DNA of 37,862 nt from Lachnospiraceae bacterium (GTDB taxonomy: Bacteria > Bacillota > Clostridia > Lachnospirales > Lachnospiraceae), in the NCBI GenBank assembly GCA_045640465.1, contig JAZUFC010000096.1, forward strand, positions 1 through 37,862, given 5' to 3'. The notes beneath the pieces were generated by a model. It was not told the origin of the DNA, searched no databases, and saw nothing but the letters and a program-made list of their open reading frames with translations. Of the stretch, positions 8,371 through 17,857 are shown one piece after another (position 1 is the stretch's first letter; each line of letters starts with the position of its first letter). The translations under genes were made by a program, and so were the position numbers.

Positions 8371-10013
8371 TATTTCTCCTCGATCTCATTCTGCTGTGCG
8401 ACCAGCGCATCTGCGCCGTACCGCTGACGAAGCACCGGCTTTTCGATCTTGCCGGTCGGGTTTCTGGGAACATCCGCGAAGATGTACTTGCGGGGTCTCT
8501 TGTATCTGGGAAGTCCCATGCAGAAGTCGGTGATCTCCTCTTCCGTCAGGGTATAGCCGGGCTTGACTTCGATGATCGCAGCTGCGATCTCGCCGAGACG
8601 GGCATGCGCAAGGCCGATGACTGCAACGTCCTTGACCGCGTCATTCTTCCGGATATAATCTTCGATCTGTACCGGGTACAGGTTTTCACCGCCGGTGATG
8701 ATAACGTCCTTCTTACGGTCTACCAGATAGATGAAGCCATCCTCGTCCTCCATGGCCATATCGCCGGTGAAGAGCCAGTCGCCCTTCAGGACTTCGTTCG
8801 TTGCTTCTTCATCTTTGTAATAGCACTTCATGACGCCGGGGCCCTTGACGCAGAGCTCGCCGACGGAGCCTCTCTCAACAGGTTCGCCGTTTTCGTCCAC
8901 GATCTTGGTCTCCCAGCCGTAGCCTGCCTTGCCGATCGCGCCGACCTTATTGACATTTCCGACGCCCAGATGTACGCAGCCGGGTCCGATAGACTCGGAA
9001 AGGCCGTAGTTGGTATCATAATCATGATGCGGGAAAATGGTCAGCCAGCGGTGGATGAGCGACGGCGGAACGGGCTGTGCACCGACATGCATGAGTCTCC
9101 ACTGGGAAAGCGTCAGCTTGGAAAGATCGATATCGCCTCTGTCGATGGCATCCAGAATATCCTGTGCCCACGGAACCAGAAGCCAGACGATGGTCGCCTT
9201 TTCATCGGACGCCGCCTGCATGATCCATTCGGGCTTGGTGCCCTTCAGAATGACGGCACGGGAGCCTGAATACAGGGAGCCGAACCAGTGCATCTTTGCG
9301 CCGGTATGATAAAGCGGCGGAATGCAGAGGAATACGTCGTCATGGGTCTGTGAATGATGATTCTGTTCTGTTCTTGCTGAATGGATCAGGCTTCTGTGCG
9401 CATGCAGGATCGCTTTCGGGAATCCGGTGGTTCCGGATGAATAATAGATCGCTGCGTTGTCGTCTTCCGTAAGCGGGATCGCGGGATCATGAGAAGAACA
9501 GTATTTGATCATTTCGTCGTAGCTGTCCGCAAATACCGGGCAGTCTTCACCGACGTAAAACAGATGCTTGATATCCTTCAGACGGTCTACGATCTCTTCG
9601 ATACGGCCGATGAATTCCGGTCCGAATACGAGCATAGAGCTGTCCGCCTTGTCCAGACAATACTTGATCTCTTCAGCCGTATAACGATAGTTTAAGGGTA
9701 CGACCACGCCGCCTGCTTTCAGCACGCCGAAATAGATCGGCAGCCACTCGATGGAGTTCATCAGAAGGATCGCGACCTTATCGCCCTTCTTCAGACCTCT
9801 TGTCAGCAGAAGATTGGCAAAACGGTTCGCTCTCTTTTCGAAATCGTTCCAGGTGATCTCTCTTCTGAAGGGCTGACCCGGTTCCGGGGGAACCAGTACA
9901 TAGTCTCTCCATGTGATCCTTGATTCCGGCTCAAAGCTGGGATTGATCTCCACCAGCGCCGTTTCATCCGGCCATTCCCGGGCATTACGGTCAAGTAAAT
10001 CAACAATTGTCAT
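8370..10013 (-). CDS. AMP-dependent acyl-CoA synthetase/ligase
   Basis: The product is 547 aa with motifs YSSGTTGFPKA and TGDMAMEDEDGFIYLVDRKKD. Its stop overlaps the iorA start by 1 nt (TAATG). Confidence 0.85.
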   Translation of the reverse strand: MTIVDLLDRNAREWPDETALVEINPSFEPESRITWRDYVLVPPEPGQPFRREITWNDFEKRANRFANLLLTRGLKKGDKVAILLMNSIEWLPIYFGVLKAGGVVVPLNYRYTAEEIKYCLDKADSSMLVFGPEFIGRIEEIVDRLKDIKHLFYVGEDCPVFADSYDEMIKYCSSHDPAIPLTEDDNAAIYYSSGTTGFPKAILHAHRSLIHSARTEQNHHSQTHDDVFLCIPPLYHTGAKMHWFGSLYSGSRAVILKGTKPEWIMQAASDEKATIVWLLVPWAQDILDAIDRGDIDLSKLTLSQWRLMHVGAQPVPPSLIHRWLTIFPHHDYDTNYGLSESIGPGCVHLGVGNVNKVGAIGKAGYGWETKIVDENGEPVERGSVGELCVKGPGVMKCYYKDEEATNEVLKGDWLFTGDMAMEDEDGFIYLVDRKKDVIITGGENLYPVQIEDYIRKNDAVKDVAVIGLAHARLGEIAAAIIEVKPGYTLTEEEITDFCMGLPRYKRPRKYIFADVPRNPTGKIEKPVLRQRYGADALVAQQNEIEEK

Positions 10014-10530
10014 AATCTTTCTCCTCTTTATTCTTTTCGCTCTTCCAGTGCAGGCGATGGAGCTGTCCGTACTCCTGCATGCCTTCGAAGCGGTTCTGTC
10101 TCAATGCTTCGTATAATACGACGGCGACCGAATTGGCCAGGTTCAAAGACCGGATGGATTCGTTCATGGGGATGCGGATGCACCGGTCCTCGTTCTCCAC
10201 CAGGATCTCCTCGGGGATCCCTGCGGTCTCCTTTCCGAACATCAGATAGTCGTCCGGCCTGTATTCGACCTCGTCATAAGTATGATGCCCCTTGGTCGTG
10301 GCCATAAAGATCCGCGCACCGGGGTTTCTGTCCAGAAAATCCTGATAGTTTTCATATACCCGGACATCCAGATCCTGCCAGTAGTCCAGTCCCGCGCGCT
10401 TCAGGGACTTTTCATCCAGCTTAAAGCCGAGCGGCTTGATCAGATGGAGGACCGTTCCCGTCGCTTTGCAGGTTCTGCCGATATTCCCCGTATTGGAAGG
10501 GATCTCGGGCTCGTGAAGCACCACATTCAT
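10000..10530 (-). CDS. trmL: tRNA (cytidine/uridine(34)-2'-O)-methyltransferase, SpoU/TrmH family
   Basis: The product is 176 aa. It starts NVVLHEPEIPSNTGNIGRTC and has the knot-region motifs LMFGKETAGIP and SLNLANSVAVVLYEA. Confidence 0.85.
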   Translation of the reverse strand: MNVVLHEPEIPSNTGNIGRTCKATGTVLHLIKPLGFKLDEKSLKRAGLDYWQDLDVRVYENYQDFLDRNPGARIFMATTKGHHTYDEVEYRPDDYLMFGKETAGIPEEILVENEDRCIRIPMNESIRSLNLANSVAVVLYEALRQNRFEGMQEYGQLHRLHWKSEKNKEEKDYDNC

Positions 10531-11081
10531 TGTCCGTTCTCCTTGCTGCCTTTGTGTTTTTTCGGTCTCTCCAGATAACGGAACTCTCCGTCTTCCCGGA
10601 AGATCATCTTCTGTTTTCCGGAAATGGTCTGCCCGATATGAAACGCTTTTATCCCTTCATCCGAAAGAAGCCTTTCGACGCCCGATCTCTTCTCTTCCGG
10701 ACAGGCCAGAAGATATGTGCCCTCCGAATCAAGAAGATACGGATCCTCATCCGTCTCGTTGCAGATCTCAATAGTCTCCTGCCGTACGGGAATGTCCCGC
10801 TGACGGACGGAAAAACCCGTTCCGGTCTCCGTAAACAGTGTCCACAGGGCACCGTAGATACCGGTATCCGTGCAGGGTATCAGAAGAATGCCTTCATTTT
10901 GAAGCGTATTCTTCAGGCTGTCCGGAAATTCCGTCTTTTTCAGGTTCCGTACCGGTTTCAGAAACGCGGCGGAAAAGCGCATTTTCAGCTTTTCTTCGTT
11001 TTCCGAGCAGAGCACTGCCGTCCCGTTTTCCCCTGCATAGCCCGTGCATATCAGGTCGCAGGGATGAAACTCTCTGCTCAT
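10527..11081 (-). CDS. AIR-synthase-related (PurM C-terminal-like) domain protein, function unknown
   Basis: The product is 184 aa. The segment IPVRQETIEICNETDEDPYLLDSEGTYLL resembles the AIRS_C pattern. The call rests on pattern memory only. Confidence 0.4.
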   Translation of the reverse strand: MSREFHPCDLICTGYAGENGTAVLCSENEEKLKMRFSAAFLKPVRNLKKTEFPDSLKNTLQNEGILLIPCTDTGIYGALWTLFTETGTGFSVRQRDIPVRQETIEICNETDEDPYLLDSEGTYLLACPEEKRSGVERLLSDEGIKAFHIGQTISGKQKMIFREDGEFRYLERPKKHKGSKENGQ

Positions 11082-11082
11082 A

Positions 11083-11196
11083 TCAGCCCAGCGCGCCGAT
11101 CACGGTCGTGAGCAGCATGGCTATGATGATCACGATGATCACGATCGCCATGATCTTTTTTGTGTTTTTGTTTTTCTTACTGTTCAGATTGATCAT
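11083..11196 (-). CDS. 37-aa single-pass membrane mini-protein (hypothetical)
   Basis: Absent from the ORF track. The reverse complement reads MINLNSKKNKNTKKIMAIVIIVIIIAMLLTTVIGALG*. The ATG overlaps the nth stop (ATGA), and the stop lies 1 nt from the next start, which looks like translational coupling. Confidence 0.4.
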   Translation of the reverse strand: MINLNSKKNKNTKKIMAIVIIVIIIAMLLTTVIGALG

Positions 11197-11837
11197 TTGA
11201 CTTCTCCGCTGAAGGAAGGACATTCCTCCTTCAGAAAACATTCACCGCACTTCGGATTCCGGGCCGTACAGACCGTTCTTCCGAGCGTGATGATCTGCAT
11301 ATTGTAAAGGATCCAGTGATCCTCGGGAAGGATCTTCATGAGATCGTATTCCACCTTTTCGGGTTCTGTCTCCGCTGTGAAGCCGAGCTTTTTCGAGATC
11401 CTTTTGACATGCGTGTCTACCACGACAGACGGCTTGCGGTACAGATTTCCGAGCATCACATTGGCCGTCTTTCTGCCGACGCCGGGAAGCGTCAGAAGCT
11501 CCTCCATGGTATCGGGCACGCGGCCGCCGTATTCGGAAACAAGACGCTTTGCGCATCCGATGATATTCACGGCCTTCGCGTGATAAAAACCGATGGAATG
11601 GATCTCCCGCTCCAGAAGAGACAGATCCGCCTCCGCAAACGCTTCAAGAGTCGGAAACGTCCGGAACAGATGCGGCGTCACCATATTGACACGGGCATCG
11701 GTACACTGTGCGGACAGGATCACTGCGATCAGAAACTGATAATCCGTTTCATGATCCAGATAGCACCTGTCATCCGTTCCGTATTCACGGTCCAGAAGCG
11801 CAAGCACCCGTTCCACATGCTCCTTATTCACTTTCAC
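11193..11837 (-). CDS. nth: endonuclease III (DNA-(apurinic or apyrimidinic site) lyase)
   Basis: The HhH-GPD motif LPGVGRKTANVML is present. The C-terminal 4Fe-4S loop reads CTARNPKCGECFLKEEC. Confidence 0.9.
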   Translation of the reverse strand: MKVNKEHVERVLALLDREYGTDDRCYLDHETDYQFLIAVILSAQCTDARVNMVTPHLFRTFPTLEAFAEADLSLLEREIHSIGFYHAKAVNIIGCAKRLVSEYGGRVPDTMEELLTLPGVGRKTANVMLGNLYRKPSVVVDTHVKRISKKLGFTAETEPEKVEYDLMKILPEDHWILYNMQIITLGRTVCTARNPKCGECFLKEECPSFSGEVK

Positions 11838-12498
11838 CGGTCTCCGCCTCCGTCAGTTCCGGCATCACCCACACGAAGCCGAGCGTGATATAGGCAGGCT
11901 CCGATGCATTGCCGGTGGTCGCCTTGGCCCACTGAAGCTGCGTCTCTTTTCCGTCGGCCGCTGTCCTGTTCCAGCAGCAGGTGAGGTAATGTGTCGTGAT
12001 GTTCTCGATGGTACGCTCATCCTCGACCACATCGTCCGGCTCACCGAACTTCTGCGTCAGCGTCAGGAAATATCCGTCGTACAGTTCTCCCTGAGGAAGC
12101 TCGCCAATCTCGGGCTCCTGATTATCAAAGACCAGTGATATCACGTAAGGAACATCATTTTTTGCGGTCACGCCGGAGTCATCGTTTTTACGGCCGTTCA
12201 AAGAATTGCTCAGATAAGCCGTGTAATAGATAACGTCGTTCTGGTCATAGGCATTCATCTTGCCGATCTTGTAGTTCAAGGCTTTCTGCGCCTCGCTCAT
12301 ATTCATGCCCCAGAGAACGGACGGATAATGAAAACCGTTCTCTTCGTCATAGGCCGCATCCAGGTCCAGTTCATATACTTTTTTTGCTTCCTCCGCTGCC
12401 AGAAGTGCGGGTACCAGCGTGGATTTACAGGAAGTCAGGCCAGACAGTGCCAGAAGAAAGCAGAGCAGAAGGATTCCTGTTTTTCCGGATTTTTTCAT
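11824..12498 (-). CDS. lipoprotein of unknown function
   Basis: A signal peptide with a lipobox is present (LALSGLTSC). Confidence 0.65.
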   Translation of the reverse strand: MKKSGKTGILLLCFLLALSGLTSCKSTLVPALLAAEEAKKVYELDLDAAYDEENGFHYPSVLWGMNMSEAQKALNYKIGKMNAYDQNDVIYYTAYLSNSLNGRKNDDSGVTAKNDVPYVISLVFDNQEPEIGELPQGELYDGYFLTLTQKFGEPDDVVEDERTIENITTHYLTCCWNRTAADGKETQLQWAKATTGNASEPAYITLGFVWVMPELTEAETGESE

Positions 12499-12501
12499 AT
12501 T

Positions 12502-13593
12502 TTATTCTCCCAGATAGCTTGAGATCAGGCTGTTCTCTTCGAAATAATTGATCCGCATGGCTTTTTTGACTTCGTCCAGCGTACGTGCCGCGGTCTCCTC
12601 CGCGACTTCGGTACCCTTCTTCAGGATCTCCACCACTGCGTCCAGATTCTTCTCGTATTCCGCTCTTCTTGCGCGGATGGGCTCCAGCATCTCTTCCACG
12701 ATCGCATTCAGGAAACGCTTCACCTTCACGTCGCCCAGACCGCCTCTGGTATAATGATCCTTCATCTCCTGCAGGCAGCTGTAATCCGGGAAATACTTTT
12801 CGAAATGCTCGTCTCTGCAGAAAGCATCCAGATAAGTGAATACCGCATTGCCTTCCAGATGTCCGGGATCGGAGACCTGCAGATGCTGAGGATCCGTATA
12901 CATGGACATGATCTTGGTCTTGACTGTCTTCACATCGTCACAGAGATAGATGCAGTTGCCGAGAGATTTGCTCATCTTAGCCTTGCCGTCCGTGCCGGGA
13001 AGACGCATGCAGACTTCGTTCTCGGGGATCAGTGCTTCGGGCTCCACCAGGACCTCATCATAGATCCGGTTGAAGGAACGCACGATCTCACGGGTCTGCT
13101 CGATCATCGGAAGCTGATCCTCACCGACCGGAACCGTCGTTGCCTTGAATGCGGTGATGTCCGCCGCCTGGCTGATGGGATAGCACATGAAGCCGACCGG
13201 AATGGAGGTCTCGAAATTTCTGAGCTGGATCTCTGCCTTGACGGTAGGATTCCGCTGCAGACGGGAGACCGTTACCAGATTCATGTAATAGAATGTGAGC
13301 TCTGTCAGTTCCGGAATATGGGACTGGATAAAGATATTGCATTTTGCCGGATCCAGACCGACGGAAAGATAGTCGAGCGCCACTTCCAGAATGTTCCTGC
13401 GGATCTTTTCCGGATTGTCAAAGTTGTCCGTCAGCGCCTGCGCATCGGCGATCATAATGAAGATCTTTTCAAAATCACCGGTGTTCTGAAGCTCCACTCT
13501 TCTTTTCAGGGATCCTACATAATGACCCATGTGCAGTTTGCCTGTGGGGCGGTCACCTGTCAGTATGATCTTCGGGTTTTTCTTTTCTTCCAT
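12502..13593 (-). CDS. trpS: tryptophan--tRNA ligase
   Basis: Class I motifs are present: HIGH-type GKLHMGHY and KMSKS. The product is 363 aa. Confidence 0.9.
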   Translation of the reverse strand: MEEKKNPKIILTGDRPTGKLHMGHYVGSLKRRVELQNTGDFEKIFIMIADAQALTDNFDNPEKIRRNILEVALDYLSVGLDPAKCNIFIQSHIPELTELTFYYMNLVTVSRLQRNPTVKAEIQLRNFETSIPVGFMCYPISQAADITAFKATTVPVGEDQLPMIEQTREIVRSFNRIYDEVLVEPEALIPENEVCMRLPGTDGKAKMSKSLGNCIYLCDDVKTVKTKIMSMYTDPQHLQVSDPGHLEGNAVFTYLDAFCRDEHFEKYFPDYSCLQEMKDHYTRGGLGDVKVKRFLNAIVEEMLEPIRARRAEYEKNLDAVVEILKKGTEVAEETAARTLDEVKKAMRINYFEENSLISSYLGE

Positions 13594-13657
13594 GTTTCTG
13601 TCTCTCTTTCCGTTATTGATATGTTGATGATTGATCTTTCAGAAGCAGCCTTCTGTT

Positions 13658-14437
13658 CTACAGGAACAGAAGTGCAAGCAGCAGAAGATGCACCGGATAG
13701 AAGAAATAGGTTCCGTACTGGAATGCCTTCGATGAATAACCCTTCTTCCGGTTATATAAAAAGATGGGGATCAGCGCATAAAACGCGTAGATCTCGCTGC
13801 GGCTCGTAAGCAGGACACACACGGTGATCCCGGCCGCGCAGACCGCTGTTCTTGCGATCTGATCCAAAAGAAGCGGAAACACAAGCTTCTCTCTTGCCTT
13901 CCGGATCACACCGGAAAAACGGTCCTCTAAAAAGCTCAGATCCACTGCCGTGAGCCCCATGACCGCGATCATGAATACACCCGCCCAGCGGTAATCACAG
14001 TGCAGGATATACTGTGCGGCACACCCTGCCGCCGCAGCCGTGCAGGCGCTCAGAGCGATCCCGGCCGGCTTTTTTCTTCCCTTCAGGGAAAATCCCCACT
14101 GCATCACATAGATCACAAGAAGTCCCAGAAGCAGTGTAAAAAACACGTTCTGATGCTTCGGATCGATCCATTTTCCGAACAGTGCCCTGTCAAAGGGAAG
14201 CTCTGAGAGTACGGCAAGCGCCAGCAGCCGGAGCGCATACTTCTTTTTGTTTTTCGTATGGACCGCACCCTGTGCAAGCTGATAGCAGAAGATCGGAAAG
14301 GCGATCCGTCCGACAGCCCGCATGGCCGTGTAAAGAGGTGTTCCGTACCGGAGGATATCTGCCCTTCTGAGGACTGCCGCCGTATGATCGATGAGCATAC
14401 AGAAAAGCGCGGTCAGCTTCAGGAATAAAGCACTCAT
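13658..14437 (-). CDS. TraX-family membrane protein
   Basis: The product is a 259-aa polytopic protein. The N-terminal LKLTALFCMLIDH is typical of the TraX family. Confidence 0.65.
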   Translation of the reverse strand: MSALFLKLTALFCMLIDHTAAVLRRADILRYGTPLYTAMRAVGRIAFPIFCYQLAQGAVHTKNKKKYALRLLALAVLSELPFDRALFGKWIDPKHQNVFFTLLLGLLVIYVMQWGFSLKGRKKPAGIALSACTAAAAGCAAQYILHCDYRWAGVFMIAVMGLTAVDLSFLEDRFSGVIRKAREKLVFPLLLDQIARTAVCAAGITVCVLLTSRSEIYAFYALIPIFLYNRKKGYSSKAFQYGTYFFYPVHLLLLALLFL

Positions 14438-14463
14438 GATTCTTCCTTTCGAAAAGCGTCCGC

Positions 14464-16119
14464 TTACGCTTCCGTTTCAGTGCGCTTTTCCTCCTCTTCC
14501 GCATCTGAAAGCGTGTAGATCGTACGCTTCTTTGCCATCTCATCCGATGCCAGATACTCGTCGTAGGTCGTCATCTTGTCGATGATCGAGCCGTGAACGA
14601 ATTCGATGATCCGGTTTGCGGTCGTCTGTACCAGCTGATGGTCACGGCAGGCAAACAGGATCACGCCCGGGAATTTGATCATGCCCTGGTTCAGTGCGGT
14701 GATGCTTTCCATGTCAAGATGGTTCGTCGGCTCGTCGAATACCAGAATATTCGCGCCGGAGATCATCATCTTGGAAAGGATGCAGCGCACCTTTTCACCG
14801 CCCGAAAGCACACGGACGATCTTTTCGCCGTCTTCACCCGCAAAAAGCATTCTGCCCAGGAATCCGCGGACGTATGTGATATCCTTGATCGGGGAATAGG
14901 ACTGCAGCCAGTCATAGATCCGGATGTCGGAATTGAATTCTTTGCTGTTGTCCTTCGGGAAGTACGCTCTTGATGTTGTCACGCCCCACTTGTAGGAACC
15001 GGAATCCGGCTCTATCTCACCCATCAGGATCTGGAAGAGCGTGGTCTTTGCCAGCTCGTCACCGCCGACAAAAGCGACCTTTTCGTCACGGTTCAGCGTG
15101 AAGGAGACATTGTCCAGCACTTTGATCCCGTTGACCGTCTTTGTCAGATTCTCCACGATCAGCACATCGTTTCCGATCTCCCGGTCGGGACGGAAATCGA
15201 TATAAGGATACTTTCTGGAGGAAGGCTTCATCTCGTCGAGCTGGATCTTTTCCAGCGCACGTTTTCTGGAGGTCGCCTGCTTGGATTTGGAGGCGTTCGC
15301 AGCAAAACGCTGGATGAATTCCTGCAGTTCCCTGATCTTTTCCTCTTTCTTCCGGTTTGCTTCCTTCATCTGGCGGACCATCAGCTGAGAGGATTCATAC
15401 CAGAAATCATAGTTGCCGGAATAAAGCTGGATCTTGTTGTAGTCCACGTCCGCGATCGCGGTGCAGACCTTGTTCAGGAAATAACGGTCGTGGGAGACCA
15501 CGATCACGGTGTTTTCAAAATCGATGAGCCAGTTTTCCAGCCAGTCGATCGCTGCCAGGTCCAGGTTGTTGGTCGGCTCATCCATCAGAAGGATGTCCGG
15601 ATTTCCGAAGAGTGCTCTGGCAAGAAGGACTTTGACCTTTTCATTGCCGTTCAGGTCGCCGACTCTGGAATAATGATACTGTTCGTCGATATCCAGACCG
15701 TTCAGAAGGGCCGATGCGTCCGATTCCGCTTCCCAGCCGTTCATTTCGGCAAATTCAGACTCCAGCTCCGCCGCTTTTTCACCGTCTTCATCGGTGAAGT
15801 CCTCCTTGGCGTAGATGGCTTCCTTTTCCTTCATGATCTCAAAGAGGCGGGCATTTCCCTGCATGACCGCGTCCATGACGATCTCGTCATCGTATTTGTT
15901 ATGATCCTGTTCCAGTACGGAAAGACGCTGGCCGGGAGTCATCGTAACGGTTCCGTTCGTAGGCTCCAGCTGGCCCGAAAGGATCCGGAGGAAGGTGGAT
16001 TTTCCCGCGCCGTTGGCACCGATGATGCCGTAGCAGTTGCCTTCCGTAAATTTGATATTGACGTCCTCGAATAATGCTTTTTTTCCGATCCGCAGTGTGA
16101 CGTTATTGGCACTGATCAT
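14464..16119 (-). CDS. ABC-F family ATPase (YbiT/YkpA-like translation factor type, no TM domain)
   Basis: There are two ABC cassettes. The first has Walker A GANGAGKST and Walker B LLMDEPTNNLD. The second has signature LSGGEKVR and Walker B LVFDEPTNHLD. An inter-domain linker and an acidic tail are present. The first signature (LNGNEKVK) and the second P-loop (GGDELAKTT) are degenerate. Confidence 0.85.
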   Translation of the reverse strand: MISANNVTLRIGKKALFEDVNIKFTEGNCYGIIGANGAGKSTFLRILSGQLEPTNGTVTMTPGQRLSVLEQDHNKYDDEIVMDAVMQGNARLFEIMKEKEAIYAKEDFTDEDGEKAAELESEFAEMNGWEAESDASALLNGLDIDEQYHYSRVGDLNGNEKVKVLLARALFGNPDILLMDEPTNNLDLAAIDWLENWLIDFENTVIVVSHDRYFLNKVCTAIADVDYNKIQLYSGNYDFWYESSQLMVRQMKEANRKKEEKIRELQEFIQRFAANASKSKQATSRKRALEKIQLDEMKPSSRKYPYIDFRPDREIGNDVLIVENLTKTVNGIKVLDNVSFTLNRDEKVAFVGGDELAKTTLFQILMGEIEPDSGSYKWGVTTSRAYFPKDNSKEFNSDIRIYDWLQSYSPIKDITYVRGFLGRMLFAGEDGEKIVRVLSGGEKVRCILSKMMISGANILVFDEPTNHLDMESITALNQGMIKFPGVILFACRDHQLVQTTANRIIEFVHGSIIDKMTTYDEYLASDEMAKKRTIYTLSDAEEEEKRTETEA

Positions 16120-16149
16120 GTTTTATGCTGTTTCCTTCCTTACTTAATC

Positions 16150-17844
16150 TTAAAGAGTCTGCATCTCGCGGTTCTGACAGGACATCAGAAGGACCTGCCG
16201 TCCGACAGACCTGAGAAGCGTTACGGTGTTTCCGAGTTTTTCCGAATCGAAATTCGTCAGCGCATCGTCCAGGATCAGCGGAAGCTTTCTGTCCGGATCC
16301 TCTTCGTTGAACGCTGCCAGACGCACGGAAAGAAATACCTCCTGCGCCGCACTGGCGGAAAGATCCCGTACCGGAAGCTGCCGTCCGCTGTTTGCAAGCG
16401 TCAGGACACCGGTGCCGCTGATGGTCACGGCGTCCTCTTTATCGGCATCCATGCGTGCAAGGAACTCTCCCGCAAGCGCACTCAGCCGGTCTTCCTTTTC
16501 GATTCCGCCGATATTGCATATACTTTCGAAAATGCGGATGGCCTCGTCAAGTGCCAGGATCTCGTTCTGCAGATCCGTCTGCGCCTCCACGCTCTTTTCG
16601 ATCTTTTTCTTTTCCTCTTTTGCTTCCGAGATGCGTTTCTTTTCTTCCGCCTGCTGCGCCCGCTGGATCTCCAGACGGCTCTTCAGGCTTCTGATATGCT
16701 CCGCACGGATGCCTCCGTTCATCAGAGCGGCTGTCTGGGCCTCCTGCTCCTTCTGATAAGCCAGATATTCCGCTTCCTCCCGGCGGATCTCTTCTTCCAG
16801 ATCCGCGATCTCGTCGGAAACGGTCTCTATCGTCTTCTTTTTTCTGTGATGCACGACAAACGTAATGACCGAAATGATCAGAAATACGATCGAGACTCCG
16901 GCTGCAGCCGCGGCGATCATCACCTTCTGCTCCGAAAGACCGGACAGAAACTGCGTGACGGCGATATCATTTGTCTGAATGTAATAAATGTCGCAAGCAA
17001 GAAGCAGAAGCCCCAGGATCAGAAACAGTATGCCGACGGCATTTTTCCGGTTTTTCAGCCTCCCCGCATATTCCATGTCTTCGGCAAGCGTCTTTTTCTT
17101 TTCGTTCAGACTGCCGAGCAGCTTGTCCTCTTGAAGACGCTTCTTCGCATCCGCCTTCTTCAGTTCGCTTCCGTAATTCTGTTCTGCGTTTTCCAGATTG
17201 TCCAGCAGGATCTTTTCGGAATCCGTAAGAGATCTCAAGCTTCTTTCGGCATCGGCGATCCGCTCTTCAAGAAGCTGATGCTTTCCGCGAAGTGCGGGAT
17301 CAATACCGCTTTTCAGCGCCTCGCGCTTGGCAAGGAGCGCTTCTCTTGCATAGTAGCATTTTCTGCGGACGGCACGTTCGCTGGCATAGGCGGCCTCTTT
17401 CTCCTCCGTCTCCTCCCAGCGGGCGAAATCGTTCAGAAAAGTGGTCTGTGACATGAAGCCGAGCGCTTCATACTGTGCGGCGGTGATGCCGGCTGTCGCG
17501 GTCCTGATCCATCTTTCCGGATCTTCGATCTCTCTCTGGTCCGTCAGATTGCATACCTTCAGAAAGGACGCGCCCTTCAGAAAGCTTCTGGTGATCTCAT
17601 AGGTCACGCCGGAATCCAGCACCTCGAGCCTGCCGCCGAAAACGCCCTCGAAATCATACGGATAGTAATGACGGTAGGCATCCGAATCCGGATCGATACC
17701 GAAGAGCATTCCCTCAATGAATGCGGCAATGGTCGTTTTTCCGGACTCATTGTTTCCGGTGATCACATTGATCCCCGGCCGCAGACGGATCTGTCTGTTT
17801 TTCAGTTTTCCGAAGTGACCGATGTCCACTGTAAGTAGAATCAT
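16150..17844 (-). CDS. SbcC/YhaN-like AAA ATPase with coiled coils and a central TM hairpin
   Basis: Walker A GNNESGKTT is N-terminal and Walker B LPLILDDALTNFD is C-terminal. The middle is long and charged-helical. Two hydrophobic helices (AVGILFLILGLLLLACDIYYI and VMIAAAAAGVSIVFLIISVITFVV) are flanked by basic residues. Confidence 0.7.
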   Translation of the reverse strand: MILLTVDIGHFGKLKNRQIRLRPGINVITGNNESGKTTIAAFIEGMLFGIDPDSDAYRHYYPYDFEGVFGGRLEVLDSGVTYEITRSFLKGASFLKVCNLTDQREIEDPERWIRTATAGITAAQYEALGFMSQTTFLNDFARWEETEEKEAAYASERAVRRKCYYAREALLAKREALKSGIDPALRGKHQLLEERIADAERSLRSLTDSEKILLDNLENAEQNYGSELKKADAKKRLQEDKLLGSLNEKKKTLAEDMEYAGRLKNRKNAVGILFLILGLLLLACDIYYIQTNDIAVTQFLSGLSEQKVMIAAAAAGVSIVFLIISVITFVVHHRKKKTIETVSDEIADLEEEIRREEAEYLAYQKEQEAQTAALMNGGIRAEHIRSLKSRLEIQRAQQAEEKKRISEAKEEKKKIEKSVEAQTDLQNEILALDEAIRIFESICNIGGIEKEDRLSALAGEFLARMDADKEDAVTISGTGVLTLANSGRQLPVRDLSASAAQEVFLSVRLAAFNEEDPDRKLPLILDDALTNFDSEKLGNTVTLLRSVGRQVLLMSCQNREMQTL

Positions 17845-17857
17845 ACTGCCTCCTCTA

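Noticed and set aside
13594-13657. T-box leaders upstream of trpS (13594-13657) and asnS (20380-20573)
   Set aside because: The trpS upstream gap is only 64 nt. In neither region could I find the conserved T-box sequence (AAnnnGGGTGGTACCGCG-like) or a terminator/antiterminator pair. The asnS leader has only a simple hairpin without a U-run.
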